Shown here: positions 1 through 8,110 of the stretch, one piece after another | Layout of the letters: each line of letters begins with the position of its first letter | Position numbering within the stretch: position 1 is the first letter of the stretch | Virus record (IMG/VR): IMGVR_UViG_3300032304_000649 | Direction: 5' to 3' (one strand) | Source: an uncultured virus (IMG/VR IMGVR_UViG_3300032304_000649) | Lineage: Duplodnaviria; Heunggongvirae; Uroviricota; Caudoviricetes | Length of the DNA stretch: 64,000 nt | The notes under the pieces: model-generated | Databases searched by the model: none | Told to the model about the DNA's origin: nothing | Seen by the model: only the letters and a program-made list of their open reading frames with translations | Made by a program: the position numbers and the translations under genes

Positions 1-1425
1 AGGGTCTTTCTTATCTCCTCTAACTCTGCGGATGTAATACTTAGAGTGTCGAGGGTGGATTCCAGAAGCGCTATCAACGAGTTGGGAGACGGTGCCGCTT
101 GGCTTGACGCAAGTAATTGCAGCACTCTTAGGTATTCCAAGCAGTACTGCAAATTCCTCATTGGCTCTTCGAGCTTCCTCCCGCAGTCTGGTAAGTAGGG
201 CATTTAGTTTGTCTCCTTGTGTTGTGAGCAATGGGTTATCGTAAATTCCTGTAAGCGACACTCCCAGCAATCTTTCTTCCTCGGTGTTGCGCTGCCACAC
301 TTTGCGCAGATACGGAAACTTTGTAAAAGTGGCTTGGATTGTGCCAAGAATCGAAGCAATTCGTACTTTTCTAAGAAGCGTTTCCTCAGTGTCGTCATGT
401 CTTACCACCGCCTCAGTGAGATTACAGAACTGATACGGCCTGAGCACGATCTCTGAGCAAGGATTAGTTCCGAATTCAAAATTGGGATCACGATGCCCGT
501 ATTTTTCAACCGTCTTTCTAGCAGCCTCGCGATTAAAAATGCCTCGCTCTCCGGAATGTGAGTTGTAAAGTGAGAGCCATTCTTCCATGAATTTTCCGAC
601 AGTAGGTGTTTCGTTATACACCGCACTGTTGTTCGCAAGCGCACGATGCGGCGCAGTGTCCCACCAGGGTCCAGCTTTTGCATGACGAATCCTTTCATCA
701 TCAAGATCAGATAACGAGATCATTGCAGAGCGGCGCACGCCACCTACCACAACTACCTCACCAATTTTGCACATTATATCATGGCACTCCAAACTGTTCA
801 GACGGCGCCCTTGTGCGTGTTTAAACGTATTAACAACAAACTTAAATAAATCTACTAATGGTTCCGGCCCGGAAGCTCTTCCACCAAATGTTTTGAGTCT
901 TGTTCCCGCAGGTCTAACCCCGCTAACATCCCACTTTGGGACTTCGCCTGCCCAGAGGTGCGCGAGGAGTAAGCGGAGTGATTTCGCCCAGCCTTCTTTG
1001 CTGTCGTGTACGACGATGGTGTGCTCTGAATCAAACAAAGTTTCTGGCACTTCTGGCAAGTTGTTAATGTACTTGGATTCAACTGAGAATCCAACGCCAG
1101 TACCGCAGAGCAAGATGAACATGGCTTCGTCAAAGGACTTGGGGTCATCCACTGGGAGATACGAGCAATTATATACGCAAGTGTTATCACGATCGGCACT
1201 CTTTCCTGCCGTCATCATGGCGCGCATGGACGGCATCAAATCTAGGTTATGGATAGCATCAAAAATTTCATTTCGTAATTCGGTCTTACCTTGTATTGCT
1301 GGGGTGCGACTAAAAATATAGTCGACATAGCGATCTACTGTTTCTGCCCACGTTTCTCTGCGTTGTTTGTCATCTACAAAACGTGCGTAACGGCTGGCGG
1401 CTATATATTCTTGATACTGATCCAT
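1..1425 (-). CDS. nrdJ: Class II (B12-dependent) ribonucleotide reductase, runs off the left edge
   Basis: Manual translation from ATG 1425: MDQYQEYIAASRYARF..RRETWAETVDRY..MPSMRAM..NCSY..GTGVGFSVE..GTNPCSEI..CNLTE..TCVKPSGTVSQL. No stop before base 1, which is why the ORF track misses it. Confidence 0.93.
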   Translation of the reverse strand, partial: MDQYQEYIAASRYARFVDDKQRRETWAETVDRYVDYIFSRTPAIQGKTELRNEIFDAIHNLDLMPSMRAMMTAGKSADRDNTCVYNCSYLPVDDPKSFDEAMFILLCGTGVGFSVESKYINNLPEVPETLFDSEHTIVVHDSKEGWAKSLRLLLAHLWAGEVPKWDVSGVRPAGTRLKTFGGRASGPEPLVDLFKFVVNTFKHAQGRRLNSLECHDIMCKIGEVVVVGGVRRSAMISLSDLDDERIRHAKAGPWWDTAPHRALANNSAVYNETPTVGKFMEEWLSLYNSHSGERGIFNREAARKTVEKYGHRDPNFEFGTNPCSEIVLRPYQFCNLTEAVVRHDDTEETLLRKVRIASILGTIQATFTKFPYLRKVWQRNTEEERLLGVSLTGIYDNPLLTTQGDKLNALLTRLREEARRANEEFAVLLGIPKSAAITCVKPSGTVSQLVDSASGIHPRHSKYYIRRVRGDKKDP

Positions 1426-1455
1426 GTGTTGTTCTCTATGTTATATGGGTTGATG

Positions 1456-1489
1456 AAAAAGGGAGGCCGCAGTTTCTACGGACACTCCC
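1456..1489 (-). terminator. Rho-independent terminator after the SSB gene
   Basis: Minus strand GGGAG-TGTCCGTAG-AAA-CTGCGG-CCTCCC-TTTTT. Confidence 0.65.
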
Positions 1490-1519
1490 TGGACTACCTA
1501 CTACTATTGAAAGGACTAC

Positions 1520-2038
1520 TTATACTGCGAAATCTGCTGCTGCGGATGTTGCGCCGCCTAACTTATTGCCGTCCTCTAACTTCTGAACGTTGTTTAAACC
1601 TGCTGCAATGCCTTTGGAACCACTTGTATCGTAAGCATACAACGTGATTGAAGCACGACCATAGCAGCCACTATAAAATTCAGATGGATCTAAGATTGGG
1701 TTGAGATCTGCATCTACAACACCAGGTTTCTCATTAGAGTTAGCGTTGATAAAATAATGACCAGCGTAGGTTGCATCATCTTTCTCAGCATCGCCATCAC
1801 GCAAACCGCCTTTGAGCATCTTAGGAACTGTGCCGCCCCATACAGAAGCATTGGCTGTTTTGGTATCTTCAAAAGCCTTATTAAAGCGAGCAATAGTATC
1901 TTTATCTGTTTTAGGGATAAGGATTGACACAGAGTATTTCATTGTGCCATTGGGTGTTTCTGCTGGTTGAAAAACGTGCGCATAAGAGAAACGCACTTTA
2001 CCTGTTACAAATTTAGTTTTTACTGATTTTGCTGGCAT
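1520..2038 (-). CDS. Phage ssDNA-binding protein (DUF2815/APSE gp2.5-like)
   Basis: VRFSYAHVF..KYSVSILIPK..LRDGD..YSGCYGRASI..GLNNVQK, with acidic/aromatic C-terminus. Confidence 0.88.
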   Translation of the reverse strand: MPAKSVKTKFVTGKVRFSYAHVFQPAETPNGTMKYSVSILIPKTDKDTIARFNKAFEDTKTANASVWGGTVPKMLKGGLRDGDAEKDDATYAGHYFINANSNEKPGVVDADLNPILDPSEFYSGCYGRASITLYAYDTSGSKGIAAGLNNVQKLEDGNKLGGATSAAADFAV

Positions 2039-2107
2039 AAAATTACCTTTTTAACGTTAGAGACTGGGCTTCAATAGGGGCCAATCTGTCTACCCTTTAC
2101 TACAAAA

Positions 2108-2365
2108 CTATGCGTCGTACATAACACCATGATGTTTTAAAGCGTGTTGCATTGCAATGGCTTGTAAAAAATCTTGACGACATTCGTAATCATACAACAT
2201 TTCTGGATCTTCTGCAACTGCATCTAAAACTTCTTCAATGTTGTATCTTAATTGTAACACCGATTCTCTGTTTTTGCCACCGGCTAAACCGTCAAAATCT
2301 TTAATAAATTTTTCAATTACAAATTCAGGAATGTCAAATTCGGCGTCATAAAATTTTAACAGCAT
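2108..2365 (-). CDS. Hypothetical protein
   Basis: 85-aa ORF with AAAGG RBS, in operon. Confidence 0.6.
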   Translation of the reverse strand: MLLKFYDAEFDIPEFVIEKFIKDFDGLAGGKNRESVLQLRYNIEEVLDAVAEDPEMLYDYECRQDFLQAIAMQHALKHHGVMYDA

Positions 2366-2379
2366 ATTTGCCTTTCTTG

Positions 2380-2523
2380 TTATTTTGCCACCATTACTAA
2401 TCCTACGTTACCGAGTGCGTACCCAATAAACATTATACCAGTGCCGACGCCACCTTTCATAAACTGATCAATGGCTACTATAAAATAAACAAACCCCATT
2501 GCAGCTATTAGCCATGTGCTCAT
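2380..2523 (-). CDS. Small membrane protein (47 aa)
   Basis: MSTWLIAAMGFVYFIVAIDQFMKGGVGTGIMFIGYALGNVGLVMVAK; ATGA overlap with the upstream stop. Confidence 0.6.
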   Translation of the reverse strand: MSTWLIAAMGFVYFIVAIDQFMKGGVGTGIMFIGYALGNVGLVMVAK

Positions 2524-3653
2524 TGAAAGTCCTCTTTAGCAGTTTCTTTTGCTCTGACTAATTTAGGAGCTCCTTCAGGGCGTTGAACCAAACCGCCAAG
2601 CCACGCCATAACCTGTCCTTTAGCGCCTAGTTTTTCCAATGAGGCAATTGATTTTATTTTACGTGGCTCCCAGATTTGTTCTTCTGGTACACCCTTTTCT
2701 TTTAAAATCTCAGCGGCTAGTTGGGAATCAGCAATTTTACGATGCGTAATTGTTGTCCCTAATTCAAAACCCTTTGGTATTACATTTTCTGTAACTGCTC
2801 TTTCCAAAGCAAACTCTTCTACATCGTTAACCCAAGTGCGTAGGTTCTGAGCTTTTACTAAAACGTCGCTTACTTCTTCTTGGCTGAGGAGCGGGGGCGC
2901 CCTGAACTCGAGCTTTGCGAGCTCGTTGTTGAAGTCCGAGCGGGCGCGGCATTGCGCTTTGGCTTTGCAGAACTGGCACCATTCGCCTGGGAGGAAGTCG
3001 CCTGAGCCACTCCATGCTTTTTTGGCTTTTGGTTTGACGAAGTACTGCGCCCAGTCGACGAGTTTCGTGATGGTTGTGCCGTCTGTTGAGATGCTTTCGA
3101 GGCGCGGTTGGTGGATTGTGTAGCTGACTTCTTTGATGTCTGGGTATTCGTCTTTGAACTTGGAGTACGCACCGAGGGCGTAGAGTCTGAGCTGTGTGTT
3201 GTCTTGCGCTGAGACTGGGATGCCTTTTCCAAACTTGAGGTCGATGACCCGAATGGAGTGCTGAGAAAGTATAACCACATCGGCTGTACCAAAGCCATCA
3301 GGAACCCAGTCAGAGAAGTCCACACGTTGCTCAAAAAGCGGCGTGTCCGACTCCCCGATTTGGCTACGCACGTAGAGTACGTAATTATCCACGTAATCAG
3401 CGAGTTCGTCGGTGAAATATTTGTTTCTTTGTATTTCTTGCAGATCTTGTTCATATTGCTCCTGTGTGATTTGTGTGTAGTGCAAGCGCAATTTGATTTC
3501 TGCCAGAGAATGGGCAAGAGTGCCTTCCGCTGAAAAATCAAATGACCCTGATGGTTTTTTAGGTTCTGGGAGTGTTGCTTCAAGTCTAGCACTGGGCGTG
3601 CAAGAAATCCATCTTTTAGATGATGAAGCGGATAGTATAGCGTGTGCAGTCAT
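2520..3653 (-). CDS. Cas4-like PD-(D/E)XK exonuclease (DUF2800)
   Basis: HAILSASSSKRWISC, FGTADVV, IDLKFGKG, QLRLYALG, WCQFCKAK..C. Confidence 0.88.
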   Translation of the reverse strand: MTAHAILSASSSKRWISCTPSARLEATLPEPKKPSGSFDFSAEGTLAHSLAEIKLRLHYTQITQEQYEQDLQEIQRNKYFTDELADYVDNYVLYVRSQIGESDTPLFEQRVDFSDWVPDGFGTADVVILSQHSIRVIDLKFGKGIPVSAQDNTQLRLYALGAYSKFKDEYPDIKEVSYTIHQPRLESISTDGTTITKLVDWAQYFVKPKAKKAWSGSGDFLPGEWCQFCKAKAQCRARSDFNNELAKLEFRAPPLLSQEEVSDVLVKAQNLRTWVNDVEEFALERAVTENVIPKGFELGTTITHRKIADSQLAAEILKEKGVPEEQIWEPRKIKSIASLEKLGAKGQVMAWLGGLVQRPEGAPKLVRAKETAKEDFQ

Positions 3654-3683
3654 ATTAGCCTTTTTAGTCAGATTAGTGTATAT

Positions 3684-3712
3684 ATACTAATGCAAAAAAT
3701 GGGACCTGTCAA
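3684..3712 (-). promoter_or_regulatory. Sigma70-type promoter TTGACA-N17-TAGTAT containing the phage TTGCATTAGT core; the -35 lies in a hairpin loop
   Basis: Minus strand TTGACAggtcccattttTTGCATTAGTAT; inverted repeat AAAATGGGAC..GTCCCATTTT at 3696-3722. Confidence 0.75.
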
Positions 3713-3737
3713 GTCCCATTTTGACTAAATATCTTTT

Positions 3738-4127
3738 TTATGACTTTAGGGCGGAAATTAGGTTAGCTATCTCTTTGTTAAAATCGACTACAACTTCCGC
3801 TTTAAGATCTACTTTGGTATCGCGGGTTTCGCGATAGTCTTGCTGGAACTGGCCTCTGAGGGCAATCTCGGCTAGACGGCTATTGTAGTTCTTATTGTCC
3901 ACATTGGCTAGGAGTTCCCGTTCCCAAAAGGCTTGGGCGTGGACTAGGGAAAGGTCTAAGGCTTCGGCAAACTCTGGATACTTCTTTTTCCAGGCTTCTG
4001 CCGTTCCTTTTGATATACCCAATTCGGACCATATCATTTTTTGCGATGCGCCCAATTTACCTAGTTCGATCATACGATCGCACATGTCTGGGTCATACTT
4101 AGATTGAGGGTGTTTTTTGGTTGCCAT
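3738..4127 (-). CDS. Putative terminase small subunit / HTH DNA-packaging protein
   Basis: SKYDPDMCDRMIELGKLGAS..ELGISKGTAEAWKKKYPEFAEAL..AQAFWE pattern typical of phage TerS. Confidence 0.65.
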   Translation of the reverse strand: MATKKHPQSKYDPDMCDRMIELGKLGASQKMIWSELGISKGTAEAWKKKYPEFAEALDLSLVHAQAFWERELLANVDNKNYNSRLAEIALRGQFQQDYRETRDTKVDLKAEVVVDFNKEIANLISALKS

Positions 4128-4309
4128 TATTTTTTAGCTGTCTTTGCAGACTGAACAAATGCGTCCTTGGTTGGTGCGCCTTTGGCACCGGGTTTACGCA
4201 TCTTCTCACCGGAGCCGGCTTTGATGCGCTCTCGTTTGGCGTGGATGTTGGCATAAAGGCCGACTGGGCCGCCAGATTTCATTTTGGGAAGGCACTTAAA
4301 ATCATCCAT
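4127..4309 (-). CDS. Small basic phage protein
   Basis: GLYANIHAKRERIKAGSGEKMRKPGAKGAPT; N-terminus resembles ORF 47989. Confidence 0.7.
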   Translation of the reverse strand: MDDFKCLPKMKSGGPVGLYANIHAKRERIKAGSGEKMRKPGAKGAPTKDAFVQSAKTAKK

Positions 4310-4417
4310 AAATTAACTCATAAATTATACACCACAGCTCCAATAGTAACTTATAAGTTACTAACATAGCTACTGGCACGGTTGTTAAATAGAAAATGTC
4401 TTTTGTTGTCATGTGTT

Positions 4418-4498
4418 TGGTGGAGTAGCACGGTACTGCCCCGTGGTCCGCTGGGTTGCATATCAGCCTTGGCCCCTCGTCGAAACTATACCTACCCC
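4418..4498 (-). ncRNA. Mini tmRNA-like RNA (tRNA-like domain only, no tag reading frame)
   Basis: GGGGTAG/CTACTCC acceptor stem with G3.U wobble, ACCA end, TTCGAC after a stemless D-loop, GAC, then T-arm CACGG-GGCAGTA-CCGTG. Confidence 0.8.
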
Positions 4499-4554
4499 AT
4501 TGTAAAAAAGTCGCGACTTTTTTGTAAACTGGTTCAAAAAAGTCGCAACCGATA

Positions 4555-4812
4555 CTAAAATACTGCAGTGATACGGTTAAAGCGCTTGACGCCGTCAACC
4601 AATTGAGCCTCAATTGTGGTGCTGATAAACTTGTTCATCTCAATTGCGTTGTCAATGATTTCGTGCATTGTGGGGAACTGGGGCGCTTTTTCAAGCAGTT
4701 TTTTACCAGCTTCGTCAGCTACTTCCCAGGCTTTTAGCTGGGCGTTGTACTGCTCGGTTAAGAACTCCTTGGAGGTCTTGAGTAAGTCATAGCGTAATTC
4801 AAATGGATTCAT
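4555..4812 (-). CDS. Hypothetical protein
   Basis: 85-aa ORF with AGGAG RBS, downstream of a late-promoter motif. Confidence 0.7.
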   Translation of the reverse strand: MNPFELRYDLLKTSKEFLTEQYNAQLKAWEVADEAGKKLLEKAPQFPTMHEIIDNAIEMNKFISTTIEAQLVDGVKRFNRITAVF

Positions 4813-4886
4813 ATAATTCTCCTGTGTTTGTGTATGTAAAATGGGGGTTCCGGGCGCCTCCCGGCGAGACGTACTGCCCTATACTT

Positions 4887-4916
4887 ACTAATGCAAAATC
4901 TACTGCTTTTCCGCCC
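4887..4916 (-). promoter_or_regulatory. Phage late promoter motif GGGCG-N15-TTGCATTAGT
   Basis: Same motif and spacing as six plus-strand copies. Confidence 0.8.
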
Positions 4917-5840
4917 CATTTGGCTTAATTAGGAGCTTATCGCGCTCTTCAGCGCGAGCCTTAGCCTCCCTAAGTGACTCATTGATAATGAGTCGGGTTA
5001 CTGCTCCAGCCATTTCTTGGATTTGTTTTTCCTTGGCTGCTTCTTTGTCTTCCAGTGCCTTATCGATATCGTTACGGATACCAGCCCGGTTTAACAAATC
5101 TTTAAGATTCATCTTTTTGCGCCTTCTCAACGGCTTCTAGATTGGTTTTTGCCTGCTCAACCTGTGGGCCTGCTTGGTTTTGGATTGAGTTAATAAAACC
5201 GACCACCTGGATAAATGGAGACTGCGCTAATACGTTTAGCAACGCGTTAATTTCCTTTACAGAAAACTCCAACGTCACGTTAAAATCATCTAATAATTCT
5301 TGCTTCATTTTTTACTTCCTTTCTTTATTTTAAGTTCTACATCTACATCTGGTTTATATTTATTTAACTGCACAAAATGGCCGTTTCCTACCATCTGTTC
5401 AAAGCCATCCCACAGTCGTTGGTTCTGAAGTTTTGCGGCGTACTTGATGCCACTGATGTAGTTATACACATCGTCTTCTGACATCTGCTCGGGTCTATCT
5501 AAGTACTGCCGTAAGAACTCGTCTAAATAGTCTTCAACTTGGGAACATTTAATAATGTCTTGCTCCAACTCAAAGCGGTCGTATTCACTCCACAGATTCA
5601 TTTTTTACCTTTCTTTTTTGGTTCGTCATCATCACGAATAGTTTCAAACAAATTTTGAAAGTCAGCGGCAATACGTTCTTGTAAATCTATTAATTGCTTT
5701 TCAACGTTCCAGTATGCTAGTTGCATTTCTTCTGCGCTGAGTTCTTTAATTGCACAGTTAACTGCTTTGAACGTTGCTACCGCACTTTCTAATTCAATTG
5801 ACGCATTTTCTAACTGCATTAACTCTGTCCAGTATTTCAT
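4900..5840 (-). CDS. Run of four small overlapping hypothetical genes (4900-5130, 5102-5308, 5305-5601, 5598-5840)
   Basis: Translationally coupled ORFs (ATGA overlaps), no recognisable domains. Confidence 0.6.
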
Positions 5841-6022
5841 ACATTTTTTCCTTGATTAAATTTCATACACTGAGCGGCGGCTAGGGTTATTTCTGGTTTA
5901 AACGGCAGTGTTAAAAACTGTTCTTTCATTTTAATACAATGAGTTTCTGGAACAGCTATATCGCTTGCCATGAAATCACATTTAGTTCCTATGCACATGA
6001 TGGCTACAAAAATGAACTCCAT
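5837..6022 (-). CDS. Small Cys-containing hypothetical protein
   Basis: Hydrophobic N-terminus, four Cys, coupled to its neighbours. Confidence 0.55.
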   Translation of the reverse strand: MEFIFVAIMCIGTKCDFMASDIAVPETHCIKMKEQFLTLPFKPEITLAAAQCMKFNQGKNV

Positions 6023-6231
6023 TATTGGACTCCCAATCTGCGTTCAATTTCACGATCAATATACCAACGAGCTTTGCGCAAATCTTCAATGGTATCAATT
6101 TTTAAGTCAGCGCGCCAAATATATTTAATAGCATTACCTAAGCAAAAATTCATGTGCTCAGTAATCTGTATGCAGTCTACACCGCTGGGGTGCGCCGTAT
6201 AGTGCTTAGGCTTGTTTACTGGATCGTTCAC
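6022..6231 (-). CDS. DUF3310 / SaV-like protein
   Basis: DPVNKPKHYT..FCLGNAIKYIWRA..EDLRKARWYIDREI. Confidence 0.88.
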   Translation of the reverse strand: MNDPVNKPKHYTAHPSGVDCIQITEHMNFCLGNAIKYIWRADLKIDTIEDLRKARWYIDREIERRLGVQ

Positions 6232-6402
6232 GTCTCATCTCCCTTAAATGTTCATGCAAAATTTTAACTTCTTCCATTGTTGAGCATTCCCAAACACCCA
6301 TCAACTCCCCAAAACGTTTTTCGCTTAAATCAACGTCTTCAACACTTATAAGTGTTTCCATCATGTAACATCCGTCGTATAAGTATTCAATTACAAAATG
6401 GC

Positions 6403-6708
6403 TCATAGTCCTAATTCCTTTTTGATAAACTCTACACCTTTTGAGAAATGATAACGCCAATGTTTTTCGGTTACATGTATTTCATTATAACTCTGTCCAT
6501 TTAAAAAAGCAAGCAAAACCTCCCGTTGTTTAAACGGCATGTTGTTTTCTATCAAATTACGGATGTCTTGGATGTCATCTGGTTCCCAGGGTAGCCAGCC
6601 TTCAATAAGTTGGGTGGATGTACCCTCCACGTCATCTTGCTCTAATGGGTCTGGATCTTCGTCTGATAGTCTTGGAGTAACTGCTTGTATTTTATGTTTT
6701 GTTATCAT
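6403..6708 (-). CDS. Stand-alone sigma70 region-4-like protein
   Basis: DIRNLIENNMPFKQREVLLAFLNGQSYNEI..HFSKGVEFIKKEL resembles the sigma r4 pattern LP.+QREV..L...G.SY.EI...SRA...L+. Confidence 0.55.
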   Translation of the reverse strand: MITKHKIQAVTPRLSDEDPDPLEQDDVEGTSTQLIEGWLPWEPDDIQDIRNLIENNMPFKQREVLLAFLNGQSYNEIHVTEKHWRYHFSKGVEFIKKELGL

Positions 6709-7814
6709 ACTCGTGTGTCAAAAATTGCGGCTGCGTAAATGTTCCCCATACCTGCGGCTAGGCTTAAAATCTTTGGCTTGCGTTTAATCATCATGGGTTC
6801 AGATAAATAGACATCATCTTTTTGGGTGCGGTTTGGAATCGCTGGGACTATGCCTGACTGCAAACTATCTAACAACAGACAGGTTTCCAACAAACCTGAT
6901 GCGCCCATCGTGTGCCCTATCCTTTGTTTGAAGGATGTCGCAATAAACGGCGTATGAAACAACGCCTGTAAAGCCGCTTTCTCAGACATGTTATTTGACT
7001 TAGTCCCTGTACCATGCGTTTTAACAATTTGTATCTCCTCTGTGCTTATGTTACCTGATCGTAATGCTAAGGCGGCGGCTCTTACAAAGCCTTGCCCATC
7101 TTCACGTTGCCCGATTGCGTTGGTGCTTTGTTCACTAGCCACACCAGCGCTTATTAGTTTTGCTTTGGGTTTATTAACTAATACATTCTCATTCTCAAAG
7201 ACGGCAAACACTGCGCCCTGACCGATGTAAAACCCGCCGTTATGGTGGTCAAACGCAGATGGTTTAATTCCCTGCTGTTCTTTATCGTATGTCAAACACG
7301 CGCCCGATTCTCCAAAGAAATGCAATACCTTGTCGTTTATGGTGTCCTCCACGCCCAACACGCACACTCGGTCAAACCCCTGGTATGTCATCAGTTGGCA
7401 TACGTCAGACATAACTTTGAGACTGGATGCACAAGCGCTGGCATCGGTTGTGATCAGATCGTCCGCCCCGCACATCTGCCCGATACGACCAGCATACACC
7501 TGTGTCAGTGTGAGTGGTAGTAGTTTGTAGTCATAGGTCAAACGGCTTTTCCTGATAGCGTATGGGTTGATACCGGCAAAGTGTGCGTTACCAGATGCCA
7601 AGATAAAAGCAGTCTTGCCTTTGCGCTCTCTGAGTGATCTAAGTAATTCCACATCTAACACACGGTCAGCCAGTTTGTGGGGCACATAAACTAGCCCGCT
7701 ATCTTTTTTAGCAAACAATTCTGGAAACCAAAATGCTCTTTGCGGGTAAGCCATTTCATCAAATAGATCAGTATGGGTTGCCGCCACTGTGCGATAGTCT
7801 GTTAAGTAGATCAT
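6705..7814 (-). CDS. Beta-ketoacyl-ACP synthase (FabB/FabF-like)
   Basis: Catalytic triad motifs DASACASS (Cys), KTHGTGT (His), KQRIGHTMGASG (His); GFYIGQGA. Confidence 0.9.
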   Translation of the reverse strand: MIYLTDYRTVAATHTDLFDEMAYPQRAFWFPELFAKKDSGLVYVPHKLADRVLDVELLRSLRERKGKTAFILASGNAHFAGINPYAIRKSRLTYDYKLLPLTLTQVYAGRIGQMCGADDLITTDASACASSLKVMSDVCQLMTYQGFDRVCVLGVEDTINDKVLHFFGESGACLTYDKEQQGIKPSAFDHHNGGFYIGQGAVFAVFENENVLVNKPKAKLISAGVASEQSTNAIGQREDGQGFVRAAALALRSGNISTEEIQIVKTHGTGTKSNNMSEKAALQALFHTPFIATSFKQRIGHTMGASGLLETCLLLDSLQSGIVPAIPNRTQKDDVYLSEPMMIKRKPKILSLAAGMGNIYAAAIFDTRV

Positions 7815-8110
7815 TTTACGTTTTCAAGTGCCTCTTCTACGGTCTTTGGTGTTTGGGTGGAGTGTTTAAACATAAACTCAAATACATCACGGATTGTGCT
7901 TTCTTCCGTAAGTTTCATTAGTTTGACGTCTTCCTCAGACACACCATAGATGTCGGACAAATAAACACCGACCATTAAAAAGTCTAGGCTATCAAGACCA
8001 GTGTCTTTAATTAATGTGTCGAGGCTTTCTATCTTTAATTCATCGGCACTCACAGGTCTTGCGACCTTTACGATGCCGTTCATAATCATTAGCAGTTCTT
8101 GGTCTGTCAT
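7811..8110 (-). CDS. Acyl carrier protein
   Basis: Acidic 99 aa with GLDSLD phosphopantetheine-Ser motif; coupled to the KS gene. Confidence 0.85.
   Translation of the reverse strand: MTDQELLMIMNGIVKVARPVSADELKIESLDTLIKDTGLDSLDFLMVGVYLSDIYGVSEEDVKLMKLTEESTIRDVFEFMFKHSTQTPKTVEEALENVK

Noticed and set aside
204..1321. Short ORFs in the first 1.4 kb suggesting a fragmented or pseudogene region
   Set aside because: They are alternative-frame shadows of an intact NrdJ frame (1425 to <1) that has no stop inside the window.
2520..3653. Cas4-like gene as a sign of CRISPR-Cas
   Set aside because: It is a common phage DUF2800 nuclease next to SSB; no other cas genes or repeat-spacer array are present.
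4418..4498. Conventional tRNA-Ala, or coding part of ORF 4302-4613
   Set aside because: There is no D-stem, canonical anticodon arm or TTC T-loop, so the features fit a tmRNA tRNA-like domain. The ORF more plausibly starts near 4412, downstream of the RNA.
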